Source: Candidatus Zixiibacteriota bacterium
Lineage (GTDB): Bacteria > Zixibacteria > MSB-5A5 > GN15 > JAAZOE01
DNA length: 63,232 bases
NCBI GenBank assembly: GCA_043819555.1
Contig: JBDREQ010000067.1
Coordinates: 1-63,232 of the forward strand
Direction of reading: 5' to 3'
The notes beneath the pieces were generated by a model. It was not told the DNA's origin. It searched no databases and saw only the letters and a program-made list of their open reading frames with translations. Position 1 is the first letter of the stretch. Every line of letters starts with the position of its first letter. A program made the translations under genes and the position numbers. This document shows, piece after piece, positions 53,182-62,694 of this stretch.

Positions 53182-53940
53182 ATGTCTTTATTTGAAAATT
53201 TAATAAAGATCAGGGATGAAAAAGGCGCCGGGTTTTTACTCCTGCTCGATCCCGACAGGGTCGAACCTAAGCGACTTATATCGGCGGCACAGTCGGCTCA
53301 GGTGTGCGGTGCGGACGCGATTCTGGCGGGGAGCTCACTGATTACCCACTATGATTTTGACAGCCGCATGGCTGACATCAAACGGTCGACAAAATTGCCG
53401 GTGATTTTATTTCCCGGCAGTTCGGGGCAGGTTTCCAAACATGCCGACGGGATATTGTATGTCTCGCTTATCTCGGGGCGCAATCCGACGTATTTGATTG
53501 AAGAACAGGTCAAAGGCGCGCCAATAATCAAAGCTTTTGGTTTGGAACCGATTCCGACCGGATATATGCTGATTGATTCGGGGAGTATTACTTCCGTGCA
53601 ATATGTCTCAGGAACGATCCCGATTCCAAGAAATAAAAACGACATTGCGATGGTCCACGCGCTGGCGGCACAATATATGGGGATGAAGTTGATTTACCTG
53701 GAGGCCGGTTCCGGGGCATTGCAGCCGGTTCCTGAAGAGATGGTGACGGCAGTGGCTGAGTATTGCAATTTGCCGGTTATTGTCGGAGGCGGAATAAAAA
53801 GTCCCGAAAAGGCGGCGGCCATGATTAGGGCCGGAGCATCATTCATTGTTATCGGAAGCCGGTTGGAGTATGAGGATGATTTTGGATTTATGACTGAGAT
53901 GGCTGATGCGATTCATTCAACAATAAAAACGGCTTTATAG
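53182..53940 (+). CDS. Geranylgeranylglyceryl phosphate synthase family protein, group II
   Basis: LLDPD, SLISGRNP.YLI..QV.GAP, PTGYMLIDSG, YLEAGSGA, VGGGI. Confidence 0.9.
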   Translation: MSLFENLIKIRDEKGAGFLLLLDPDRVEPKRLISAAQSAQVCGADAILAGSSLITHYDFDSRMADIKRSTKLPVILFPGSSGQVSKHADGILYVSLISGRNPTYLIEEQVKGAPIIKAFGLEPIPTGYMLIDSGSITSVQYVSGTIPIPRNKNDIAMVHALAAQYMGMKLIYLEAGSGALQPVPEEMVTAVAEYCNLPVIVGGGIKSPEKAAAMIRAGASFIVIGSRLEYEDDFGFMTEMADAIHSTIKTAL

Positions 53941-53948
53941 AAAACAAT

Positions 53949-54539
53949 ATGACAAAAGATGAAAAAAGAAAATTGCTTTTGCGTGCTGCGGCAGATGGCG
54001 TCGCTGTTCGTCATAAGCTGTGCCAGAGTCTGCTAAATGATATAATTGATGTGGCTCAGAGGTTAACTCGCGTATTGAAAAAAGGCGGAACGATATATCT
54101 GGCCGGAAACGGCGGTTCGGCGGCTGATTGCGAACATTTCGCGACGGAACTGGTCGTTCGCTTAACGGGTAAGTCTCAGCGTTCATCTCTCCCGTCCGTT
54201 TCCTTGACAGCTAATGGTTCTCTTTTGACCGCGGCCGGAAATGATTATGGCTTTGATAAAATATTTTCGCGCCAGGTTGAATCGTTGGTATCCAAAAAGG
54301 ACGCGCTGATTTTGATATCAACCTCGGGTGACTCTGTGAACCTAATTACCGCTGCCATAGCCGCGCGAAAGAATAACGCCGAAGTCTGTTCGCTACTGGG
54401 GTCCGGGGGAGGTAAGCTCAGGCGCTATTCAGATTATAAGCTGATTGTTCCTTCCGATTCGGTGCAAAGAATTCAGGAAGAGCATATCTTTATCATTCAT
54501 AATTTGGTTTATCTTATCGAAAGAGACTTGTTTTCATGA
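53949..54539 (+). CDS. gmhA: Phosphoheptose isomerase (SIS domain)
   Basis: GNGGSAADC.HF, NDYG...IFSRQV, ISTSG.S, RIQE.H. Confidence 0.92.
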   Translation: MTKDEKRKLLLRAAADGVAVRHKLCQSLLNDIIDVAQRLTRVLKKGGTIYLAGNGGSAADCEHFATELVVRLTGKSQRSSLPSVSLTANGSLLTAAGNDYGFDKIFSRQVESLVSKKDALILISTSGDSVNLITAAIAARKNNAEVCSLLGSGGGKLRRYSDYKLIVPSDSVQRIQEEHIFIIHNLVYLIERDLFS

Positions 54540-55765
54540 CAATTGAAAAAAATTCCCTGAAAATAATCTGGATCAGTTTGTCTGGATACGCATTGACGGC
54601 GCCGGCATCGATTGCGGCTTCCCAACTGTTTTTCGGAATCACCGTGGCGGCTTTTTTGGTTTATTTGATTACGCTTCAAAATAAATCATCTTTAATTTTC
54701 CCGCCACTATTAGTAATCCTAAGCGTAATTGCCTTTGTTGTTTTCCGATTTATTTCGATGGCCAAAGGCGGCAAGGATGTTTTCATGATTCGGGAAGAAT
54801 GGTTATTTTTGATGACCTTAATCGGCGCCGTCGTGTTTCGAGATATCAGGAATCTAACCCGCCTGCTGGATGTTTTTGCCGCCGGTATAATTATTATGGG
54901 TGGATATGGGATCTGGCAGCATTATGTCGGGGTTGATCTGTATCACCATATATTATTGGGCAGAATGGTTTTTGGATATCGTGCCATTGGAACCTTTTCG
55001 ACCTATTTGACGTTCTCGGGGTTTTTTGCAATTACGGCGATTTTTCTTGTTCCGGCGGGATTTACGGCGACCAGCAAGACCAGGAAATTGTATTACCTGC
55101 TTGCCTCTCAAGTCAGCCTTGCCTGCATATTGTTTAATTATTCTCGCTCGACGATTATCGCTCTCGTGATAGGCGTGGTGTTATTAATTATCCTGGCTGG
55201 CGCCAGGTACAGGAAATGGATCGCGCTACTTCTGCTGTCGACGATGGCAGTTGGAATTGTTGTGTCTCCTGATTTTCTAAACCGATTTAAAAACATATCG
55301 GGTACAGAGTTTTCGGCCACATATGCTAATTCCCGGTTCGCAATCTGGCAGACGACGTTGTCAATGATTGAAGAGAAGCCTCTTTTTGGAGTTGGTCCCG
55401 GGAATTTCGATAAAGAATATATCGCTCATCGTGAGATCAGGGTTGGCCGGAATCTATCTCATGCGCATAATGATATATTAAATGTCGCCGCTGAATCCGG
55501 CATAGTCTGCGCTCTCTTATTTCTTTTAATGTGGGCTATAATTATCGCCAAGCTGTATAAGGGTTATATCAAATGTCCTGACGGATGGCAAAAGGGTTTG
55601 ATTTTGGGAACGCTGTTATCTTCGGCAGTATTTTTTGTGATGTCTCAGTTTGAGGCGTTTTTTGCCGATGAAGAAGTAAGGCTGTTGTTGATGTTTTATT
55701 GGGGAATTGGTTTGGCAGTTTTGGGTAATTTGAAGGCGTCGGAAAAGTTGTCTGAAATTGCCTAA
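54536..55765 (+). CDS. O-antigen ligase family membrane protein
   Basis: Multi-TM; SRS, R..IW, PLFGVGPGNF, HAHND.L....E.G. Confidence 0.88.
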   Translation: MTIEKNSLKIIWISLSGYALTAPASIAASQLFFGITVAAFLVYLITLQNKSSLIFPPLLVILSVIAFVVFRFISMAKGGKDVFMIREEWLFLMTLIGAVVFRDIRNLTRLLDVFAAGIIIMGGYGIWQHYVGVDLYHHILLGRMVFGYRAIGTFSTYLTFSGFFAITAIFLVPAGFTATSKTRKLYYLLASQVSLACILFNYSRSTIIALVIGVVLLIILAGARYRKWIALLLLSTMAVGIVVSPDFLNRFKNISGTEFSATYANSRFAIWQTTLSMIEEKPLFGVGPGNFDKEYIAHREIRVGRNLSHAHNDILNVAAESGIVCALLFLLMWAIIIAKLYKGYIKCPDGWQKGLILGTLLSSAVFFVMSQFEAFFADEEVRLLLMFYWGIGLAVLGNLKASEKLSEIA

Positions 55766-55810
55766 TAATGACTTGACAAGAATAGTATTGAGCATATATT
55801 GAATCCGCTT

Positions 55811-56038
55811 ATGGCAAAGAAAAAAACAAAATCTGAAGGCGGTTTACCGTTTGGACCGAAAAACTGGGCTTTTATGGGCGCTGGCCTGGTATCGATAATT
55901 ATCGGTTATATTTCTCTCAGCAGCGGCTCGATAACCCTGGCGCCAATCCTCTTGGTTTTGGGTTATTGCGTGCTTTTCCCGATCGGTATAATAGTTAAAG
56001 ACCGACCGGATGAAGAAATAAGTGAGGATGAAATTTAG
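55811..56038 (+). CDS. Small two-TM protein (DUF3098-like)
   Basis: FG.KNW......IIIGY...SITLAPILLVLGY. Confidence 0.75.
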   Translation: MAKKKTKSEGGLPFGPKNWAFMGAGLVSIIIGYISLSSGSITLAPILLVLGYCVLFPIGIIVKDRPDEEISEDEI

Positions 56039-56079
56039 CGGCAGTCATTGGAAATAGTAGAGGTGACGCCCGGTTTAAT

Positions 56080-56157
56080 GGGCAGTTAGCTCAGCTGGTT
56101 CAGAGCACCTGCCTTACACGCAGGGGGTCACTGGTTCGAATCCAGTACTGCCCACCA
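56080..56157 (+). tRNA. tRNA-Val(TAC)
   Basis: Acceptor GGGCAGT/ACTGCCC-ACCA, anticodon arm CCTGC-CTTACAC-GCAGG, TTCGAATCC T-loop. Confidence 0.97.
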
Positions 56158-56220
56158 TGAATTGAAGGTTAAGAAAAGATTTTTAAAAAAACATAGATAA
56201 AATATCCGAAAAGTATAGCC

Positions 56221-56298
56221 GGGGTTGTAGTTCAGTTTGGTTAGAACGTCTGCCTGTCACGCAGAAGGCCGCGAGTTCGAGTCTCGTCAACCCCGCCA
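56221..56298 (+). tRNA. tRNA-Asp(GTC)
   Basis: Acceptor GGGGTTG/CAACCCC-GCCA, anticodon arm TCTGC-CTGTCAC-GCAGA, GTTCGAGTC. Confidence 0.97.
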
Positions 56299-57840
56299 TT
56301 TATCACTCTCAGCAAACTCTGGATGTTTTATAAGATATTCCAGAGGCTTCCCCGAATCTCCAAGCGAAAAGACAGAAATTTTTAGGGTGTCTTCCCCCAA
56401 GACAACCTCTTGAACCATAAGCTGTAACAAGCGGGTTTGCTCGTCCGGGGTCAATTCATTGTAGATTGCCCGGAAATCTCGAAGTGTTTTCGTGAGCAGA
56501 TCAGTATCGATTTTGTAATCTTTTAGCTGCCCAATTTCAAATTCCAAGCGTTGGATTTGATCTTCCAGCTGTTCTTTCCTGGTCTCCAGCTCAGGGAGCC
56601 GACCGGACATGGCTTTTGGTAGGTCGCCATGTTTTTCCACGTACTTAACCATGTTATCTATAGATTTCTGAACCGGACGAAGCTCCCTTTTGAGACCGTT
56701 CAATTCCTTAGTCTTACTTTTCGAATTAGTAGTCGATGTCTTGTTCGCTTTGCGAACCGCTTCTTTGATAACCGCTTCATCGGTACCAATTTCACAAAGT
56801 TTGTTGACCACCGCATCTTCAATAGCCCGAGCACCAATCTTTCTCACCTTGCATTCATCTTTTGAAAATTTCGAGACTTTGGTGCAGCGGTAATAAAGAT
56901 ACCTGCCACTCTTTGCCGGGCTCGGTGTCATCATCGAACCGCAGTCACCACACTTCAGGATTCCCTTGAGGCGGAAATCGTACTTGTTCTGAGAGGGCAC
57001 GGTGCGAGTGCGTTTGTTCTTCTCCATCATCTTCTGGACATGATTGAACCTTTTAGCGGTCACAAGAGGTTTGTGCTTTCCCTTAAACTCTTGTCCACCG
57101 AATGTCGTTTTACCAATATATAGACGGTTTGATAGAATATAAGTAATCGACCATTTAGAGAATTTCCCTTTTTTCTTACTCTTAGTTCTATACCCCATGC
57201 TATTGATTTCCTTAGCCACAGCAGCAGGTGAACCAAGTTTGACGAAGAGATTAAAGATCTTCTTAACGACCGTTGCCTCAGTCTTATGTGGGATGAGTAA
57301 GCATTTTTGTTCCTTGTGCCTTTCGTAGCCGAAAGGTGCTCTTCCTCCGTGCCACAGTCCTTCTTCAGCCTGAGACAACATCTTTGCCCGTGTTCTCTCC
57401 CGGATTGTCTCCAGTTCGAACTCTGCAAAGCTCATAAGGATGTTGATGAAAAATCGCCCATGAGCGGTTGTAGAGTTAAGTTCCTGTGTGGCGCAAACGA
57501 ACTGGCAACCATGCTCCTGCATGATTTCGTAGAGTGTCCAAAAGTCTTTGATATTTCTAGTCAGCCGATCCATTTTGGTTGTGACTACTACATCGACTTT
57601 GTCCTGTTTGATAATCTCGATGAGACCGTTAAGACCTGGACGGTCCGTATTGCCGCCCGAGCTGAGGTCTTTGATTGAGGTGATATACTTCCAGCCATTC
57701 GGTTCTTGACTTGAGATATAGGCTCTGCAGACCTTCTCTTGGCTCTCCAGAGAAGAATACTCAGCTCTTCTGTGCTGATCTTCAGTCGAAAGCCTCACGT
57801 AAACGTAACAGCGTTTCTTTTCATTGCCGTTTGATTTCAA
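56287..57840 (-). CDS. Large serine recombinase (integrase)
   Basis: YVRLSTEDQ catalytic Ser, SG...DRPGL, DRLTR, AEFE...IRERT, G.APFGY, N..YIG, H.PLV, C..CG..M...YYRC zinc ribbon, coiled coil. Confidence 0.95.
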   Translation of the reverse strand: MKSNGNEKKRCYVYVRLSTEDQHRRAEYSSLESQEKVCRAYISSQEPNGWKYITSIKDLSSGGNTDRPGLNGLIEIIKQDKVDVVVTTKMDRLTRNIKDFWTLYEIMQEHGCQFVCATQELNSTTAHGRFFINILMSFAEFELETIRERTRAKMLSQAEEGLWHGGRAPFGYERHKEQKCLLIPHKTEATVVKKIFNLFVKLGSPAAVAKEINSMGYRTKSKKKGKFSKWSITYILSNRLYIGKTTFGGQEFKGKHKPLVTAKRFNHVQKMMEKNKRTRTVPSQNKYDFRLKGILKCGDCGSMMTPSPAKSGRYLYYRCTKVSKFSKDECKVRKIGARAIEDAVVNKLCEIGTDEAVIKEAVRKANKTSTTNSKSKTKELNGLKRELRPVQKSIDNMVKYVEKHGDLPKAMSGRLPELETRKEQLEDQIQRLEFEIGQLKDYKIDTDLLTKTLRDFRAIYNELTPDEQTRLLQLMVQEVVLGEDTLKISVFSLGDSGKPLEYLIKHPEFAESDKWRG

Positions 57841-58010
57841 CTACGCTTCCCCCGGCCTGTCTTCACATTGTCTTCGATAAGTTTTTCTACCCAATCCTGA
57901 ATAGTAAGATTCTCATTGGCAACTTGTATCCGCAGTTTCTGGTGTAGCTCTTCACTCAGTCTAATGTGAATCATCTTCGGTTTCGTATGAGTCGTTTTTT
58001 CTCTCGGCAT
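57837..58010 (-). CDS. 57-aa ribbon-helix-helix DNA-binding protein (absent from the ORF track)
   Basis: Manual translation MPREKTTHTKPKMIHIRLSEELHQKLRIQVANENLTIQDWVEKLIEDNVKTGRGKRS; TAAGGCGG SD; TGA stop overlaps the integrase TTG start. Confidence 0.85.
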   Translation of the reverse strand: MPREKTTHTKPKMIHIRLSEELHQKLRIQVANENLTIQDWVEKLIEDNVKTGRGKRS

Positions 58011-58036
58011 ATCCATCCGCCTTACTTAGAATGTTC

Positions 58037-58052
58037 AGTTATAAATATAACT
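58037..58052. promoter_or_regulatory. Perfect inverted repeat, candidate operator in the divergent promoter region
   Basis: AGTTATA-aa-TATAACT. Confidence 0.5.
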
Positions 58053-58190
58053 TGCTTTACATTTGAAATCCAGCTAATTTATATGTTATAGGCAGGACTC
58101 AGAATAACCATGAGTTATGTTGAAGTTCCTTTTTCAGGAGGTCGAAGATTCGTGCTTGGGCATAAGACTAAATAGCTATAGGAGGGAAAA

Positions 58191-58562
58191 ATGGCAGACA
58201 AGAAAGTGGTTTTTGTGGCGTTCGCAATTGAAGACGAGAGGCAAAGGGATTTTCTAAAAGGTCAATCCCTAAATACGGCTTCACCTTTCGAGTACATCGA
58301 TATGTCAGTTAAGGAACCATATGACTCTAATTGGAAAGAGCGAGTTCGCACGCGGATTCGACGCTCGGATGGAGTTATAGCCCTTGTGAGCAAGAATTCT
58401 CTTACTTCAAGCGGCCAGAAATGGGAGATCTCTTGTGCGAAAGAAGAGAAGAAAAAGATTCTCGGTATCTGGGCCTACAAGGACGATCGAACCAACGTCG
58501 CTGGAGTTAACACAGTCGTATGGACATGGCCGGCGATTGAGAAATTCATCGACAGTTTGTAG
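58191..58562 (+). CDS. Thoeris ThsB-like TIR-domain protein
   Basis: VFVAF, W...[17 protein letters not shown]....WEI..A....K.ILGI with catalytic Glu; AGGAGG SD. Confidence 0.85.
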   Translation: MADKKVVFVAFAIEDERQRDFLKGQSLNTASPFEYIDMSVKEPYDSNWKERVRTRIRRSDGVIALVSKNSLTSSGQKWEISCAKEEKKKILGIWAYKDDRTNVAGVNTVVWTWPAIEKFIDSL

Positions 58563-58579
58563 AAAGTGGAGAAACAACA

Positions 58580-59554
58580 ATGCGGATAGCACTTATTGTT
58601 GGTATAAATTTCTACGATCATGGTGGCCCACTCTTTGGGTGCGTCGATGATGCCCATGCCGTTAAGGCGGTTCTGGAGCGTCACGATGGTGGTGCTGTAA
58701 ACTTCGATTGCATGCTTGAAACTGGCACGGGGCCAGCCGATCGCGTAGATAGAGGTGATCTTAAGGACAAGATTGAGACGTTGTTCAACACAGAGTCGGA
58801 GATTGCACTATTTTATTTCGCCGGACATGGTCATATAGAGGCGACCGGTGGCTATATTCTGTCAACAGACTCAAAACGTGGGGATGAGGGTGTATCACTA
58901 TCTGAAATATTGACTTTAGCGAACGAATCCCCAGCTAGGAACAAAGTAATCGTTTTGGATAGCTGTCACTCCGGTATTGCAGGGACTCCATCTTCGAGTG
59001 GCCAGTTGGCGACTTTGGCGGAAGGGTTAACCGTTTTGACGGCCTCGACGAAGGATCAATATGCATCTGAAGAAAATGGAAGGGGTGTATTCACAACTCT
59101 TTTTGTTGACGCACTCAATGGAGCAGCGGCCAACCTTACCGGTGACATCACTCCTGGCAGCGTCTACGCTCATATAGATCAATCGCTCGGTGCCTGGGAA
59201 CAACGACCGGTATTTAAGACTAATGTCAAACAGTTTGTTTCCTTGAGGAAGGTGGCGCCACCGATTCCTACGTCAGAATTACGTCGGCTTACTGAGTTTT
59301 TCCCTTCGCCTGGATTCGAGTTTCCTCTCGATCCAACCTACGAACCCGAACTGAAGGGACGAGACACTGGTATGCCTCCGCCAAACCCTGAAAACACACA
59401 GATCTTTGCAGTACTTCAAAGGTATAACCGACTAAATCTACTTGTCCCGGTGGGTGTTCCTCACATGTGGAACGCTGCTATGGAGAGCAAGACCTGTAAA
59501 CTGACTGCACTCGGCGAACATTATCGGCGACTTGTGGAGAGGAATCGAATCTAA
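58580..59554 (+). CDS. Caspase-like (peptidase C14) protease, type IV Thoeris-like effector
   Basis: [24 protein letters not shown] (His), VLDSCHSG (Cys), GVFT; C-terminal extension. Confidence 0.9.
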   Translation: MRIALIVGINFYDHGGPLFGCVDDAHAVKAVLERHDGGAVNFDCMLETGTGPADRVDRGDLKDKIETLFNTESEIALFYFAGHGHIEATGGYILSTDSKRGDEGVSLSEILTLANESPARNKVIVLDSCHSGIAGTPSSSGQLATLAEGLTVLTASTKDQYASEENGRGVFTTLFVDALNGAAANLTGDITPGSVYAHIDQSLGAWEQRPVFKTNVKQFVSLRKVAPPIPTSELRRLTEFFPSPGFEFPLDPTYEPELKGRDTGMPPPNPENTQIFAVLQRYNRLNLLVPVGVPHMWNAAMESKTCKLTALGEHYRRLVERNRI

Positions 59555-59760
59555 ACAACTATCTGCCTAAGAACTGGATGTGAACTATGGCGGAATGCCG
59601 TGCTCTCTTCGTGCCACTTAGATAGCCTGCCGATTGTCCTTCTTAGAAAGCCATGTGATACACCACCTTCTTTTACTATCCAGTAGCATTATCACAACCA
59701 ATCTCAGCAAAAAATAGACAAAGACCAACGACATGTTCAAGTGCCTAATCTTACCAAGAC

Positions 59761-61071
59761 TTAACACAATTTCAGTTCATCAGAAAGTCCCCTAATAGGA
59801 TCTACCATCCACGCGTCTATTCGTGATTCCACGGCGGCTCTTTCTTTTCCATATCGCATTCGTGATAGTTGAACAGCCGCGTCTCGGTGACTTTCTACAA
59901 TAGCCGGCTCTGGCAGCGTCCGAGCGCTGAAGGCGTCAGTCGTCTTTCCGTCAATAGAGAGCTTGACATAAATATCGTATGCTGAGAGCGATTGCAGGTC
60001 GGAAGCCTTGAAAATGGGCCAATACTCGCGTTCAAGGTACTCTCCATCCTCCGCTCCTATTCGGAATGAAATAGCTGTGCCCACATTGCCAAATACGGCA
60101 GATTTTAGCTGTAATGGTAGTTGGGCAAGGTATTGGTGTGCCAAGACCAAATGCAGGCCGAATTTGCGCATTTCAGAGAGTGTGTGAGCAAAATTGTCAG
60201 AGGCAAAGCTCTGAAATTCATCAATATACACAGTAAACGGCTCCCTTTTAGTTGGTGCTATGTCTGATCGGGACATGGCTGTTAAAAACAGCTTAGAGAC
60301 TATGAGTGATCCTAAAAGACCAGTGTTATCCTCACCAAGACGTCCCTTAGACAGATTCACGATCAGAATCTTGCGCGAGTCCATAGCGGATCTGAGATCG
60401 ATCTTGTTCTGGACCTGCCCGAGTATATTTCGCATCACAGGCACCGATAGGAACTGGCCGACCTTGTTTTGGATAGGGGATATTGTCTCTGTCCTAAAAA
60501 CTTTCGGATATAACTCGTACTCCATTTGCCAGAAAGTACGGACAACCGGGTCCTGCACCCGACTGAGAACCATAGACCGGAATTCAGGGTCTATAAGCAA
60601 TCTGGGAATCGAGAGAAGAGTGTGACCACCACACTCAAGTAAAGCGAGGATTGTATTCCGCAGTATGTACTCCAGCCGCGGACCCCATGAATCAGACCAG
60701 ATCTTCTTGAAAATGTCTACCAGCTGTGACGCAATCAAATGACTACTGGCAGTCTCACCACCATCAAATAGGTTAATTCCCACAGGATAATTGATATCAG
60801 CGGGATTGATGTAGATGACATCCGTCATGCGTCGTTGGGGGACGTAATCTAATAGCTGTTCAGCTAGGTCGCCATGAGGATCAATTAACGCAACACCTTT
60901 ACCTCGTTGAATGTCCTGAACCAACATGTTGAGCAGCAGTGTTGACTTTCCCATGCCGGTTTGACCCACGACATAGACATGCCGTTGCCGGTCATGATCT
61001 TTAATGCCGAAGCGTTGCCTCTTATTGCGATAGTTGGTCTCACCTAGGATTGTAATTTTCCTATTTTCCAT
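59761..61071 (-). CDS. VirD4/TrwB-like P-loop ATPase without TM anchor
   Basis: RH.YVVGQTGMGKS, IDPHGD, YIDEFQ, EMRKFGL.L.LAHQY..QL, GNVGT...FR.G. Confidence 0.88.
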   Translation of the reverse strand: MENRKITILGETNYRNKRQRFGIKDHDRQRHVYVVGQTGMGKSTLLLNMLVQDIQRGKGVALIDPHGDLAEQLLDYVPQRRMTDVIYINPADINYPVGINLFDGGETASSHLIASQLVDIFKKIWSDSWGPRLEYILRNTILALLECGGHTLLSIPRLLIDPEFRSMVLSRVQDPVVRTFWQMEYELYPKVFRTETISPIQNKVGQFLSVPVMRNILGQVQNKIDLRSAMDSRKILIVNLSKGRLGEDNTGLLGSLIVSKLFLTAMSRSDIAPTKREPFTVYIDEFQSFASDNFAHTLSEMRKFGLHLVLAHQYLAQLPLQLKSAVFGNVGTAISFRIGAEDGEYLEREYWPIFKASDLQSLSAYDIYVKLSIDGKTTDAFSARTLPEPAIVESHRDAAVQLSRMRYGKERAAVESRIDAWMVDPIRGLSDELKLC

Positions 61072-61221
61072 ATCGCACCACCTTAACAGAAGTTAATTCA
61101 ATTGTCGATGCACCAACAGTTGCCTATTGAGGCAATTGACCAATTCCGGCAATCTGCTAAGCTCCAGACTGATCACACAAAACAGTTCTTTTTACAATCA
61201 CTCAAACCAAGGAGGACAGTC

Positions 61222-61911
61222 ATGTCTGGAAATGGTAATCTGGTAAAGACGATTGAAATCAAAGATCGTCAGGGTCGTATTATTGCGACTGAAGAAGTTG
61301 TCACGTATGCCGGCCTACTTAGTCTGGCACATGATCAGGGACTTAAGAAGATTGAAACTTCTTTAGTGCAGATACCTGATCAATCCAACGGTCAGATGGC
61401 AGTGTTCCATGCCGTTGTGGAAACCGAAGCAGGGATCTACAAGGGTCATGGTGACGCTAGTCCGGATAATGTCGCGTCGAGGATAGTACCTCACATAATC
61501 CGGATGGCCGAAACCCGTGCTAAAGCTCGAGCCTTGCGAGACGCCGTAAACATTGGCGTAGTAGCTATGGAGGAGCTTAATTTGGAAGGAACTGGCAAGC
61601 CCGGTAACGGGAACTCTCCAAAGAATTCACAGAATCAGACGGACAACACAAACCACGATATTCGGAGCAGATCCAGACCACAGGGCGAGTCAAATCAAGC
61701 CGCTGAAAACGGTCAACTTATGACCGATGCTCAGCGACGCTATCTGTTTCGTTTATTGGCTGAAAGAAAGATCGAAGGTGATGATGCCAAGGTACACTTG
61801 CTACAACGAACCAATGTTGTATCTCTTGAAAAAATCACCAAGACCCAGGCTAGCACTCTGATCGACGAGATGGTCGGTTCAACGAAGTCAGCCGAGGAGG
61901 TACCGTTTTGA
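61222..61911 (+). CDS. Putative single-strand annealing protein (Rad52/RecT superfamily-like)
   Basis: Start MSGNG after AAGGAGG; YAGLL.LAH, G.GDA.P.NV, RMAETRAKARALR; linker, T.AQ helical domain, EEVPF C-terminal tail. Confidence 0.65.
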   Translation: MSGNGNLVKTIEIKDRQGRIIATEEVVTYAGLLSLAHDQGLKKIETSLVQIPDQSNGQMAVFHAVVETEAGIYKGHGDASPDNVASRIVPHIIRMAETRAKARALRDAVNIGVVAMEELNLEGTGKPGNGNSPKNSQNQTDNTNHDIRSRSRPQGESNQAAENGQLMTDAQRRYLFRLLAERKIEGDDAKVHLLQRTNVVSLEKITKTQASTLIDEMVGSTKSAEEVPF

Positions 61912-62693
61912 ATACCAATTGGAACGGTTATCCAAGAGATCATGTCTCAGCTTCGCAAATCAACGTCTACTTGATGTGTCCGCTCAAATACCGCTTTGCG
62001 TATGTTGACCAACTGCCGCGACCGTTCAAATCGATCGATCTGGCTCTCGGTACAGCATTTCATGCGGCGGTCGAATGGTGGCACAAACACAGAAACAACG
62101 GTTCATCACCTGATGCTGAAGATGTGTCAAGAATTCTATCAGCTGATCTACTTGCGCAAGCGGAGGAAACTCTTCACTTCAAAGCTGGTAAGACCCTGGA
62201 GGATGCTATTAGTCTTGGTAAGCAGCTTATCACAATCTACGTCAAAGAGTATCGAGGCAAGACGGTATATGATACGGAAGTTTCGTTTCGTGTTCCCCTT
62301 GTCGATCTGGATACTGGAGAGGAATTGGAGTTACCGCTTGTTGGTTACTTTGATCTTCTCGAGGAGGATGACACAGTTGTGGAAACCAAGACAGCAGCTC
62401 GTGCTTATGATCATTTAACGATCCTAAACCACCTGCAACTGACAGCCTATGGATATGCTTATCGTATTCTACATGAACGCGATGCAAACCTGCGTCTGGA
62501 TGTTGTCACGAAGACCAAGCAACCGCGAATGCAGTCAGTCGAAGTGTCACGAAATGAGTCAGACATGGTCAGGTTCTTTCATCTTGTAAAATCGGTCACT
62601 GGCGCGATTCAGAATCGCTGTTTCCATCCTAATCATGGGTGGCAGTGTAGCAACTGTGAATTCGCCCAACCATGCCGAAATTGGAAGGGATGA
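61908..62693 (+). CDS. PD-(D/E)XK (Cas4/AddB-like) nuclease with Fe-S staple
   Basis: S.SQI..YL.CP, G.AFH, E..F, G.FDL...E.KT, QL.AY, C..C.F...C. Confidence 0.88.
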   Translation: MNTNWNGYPRDHVSASQINVYLMCPLKYRFAYVDQLPRPFKSIDLALGTAFHAAVEWWHKHRNNGSSPDAEDVSRILSADLLAQAEETLHFKAGKTLEDAISLGKQLITIYVKEYRGKTVYDTEVSFRVPLVDLDTGEELELPLVGYFDLLEEDDTVVETKTAARAYDHLTILNHLQLTAYGYAYRILHERDANLRLDVVTKTKQPRMQSVEVSRNESDMVRFFHLVKSVTGAIQNRCFHPNHGWQCSNCEFAQPCRNWKG

Positions 62694-62694
62694 T

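Noticed and set aside
61908..62693. Cas4-like nuclease as evidence of CRISPR-Cas
   Set aside because: No cas1/cas2 and no repeat-spacer array seen in the window; the context fits recombination
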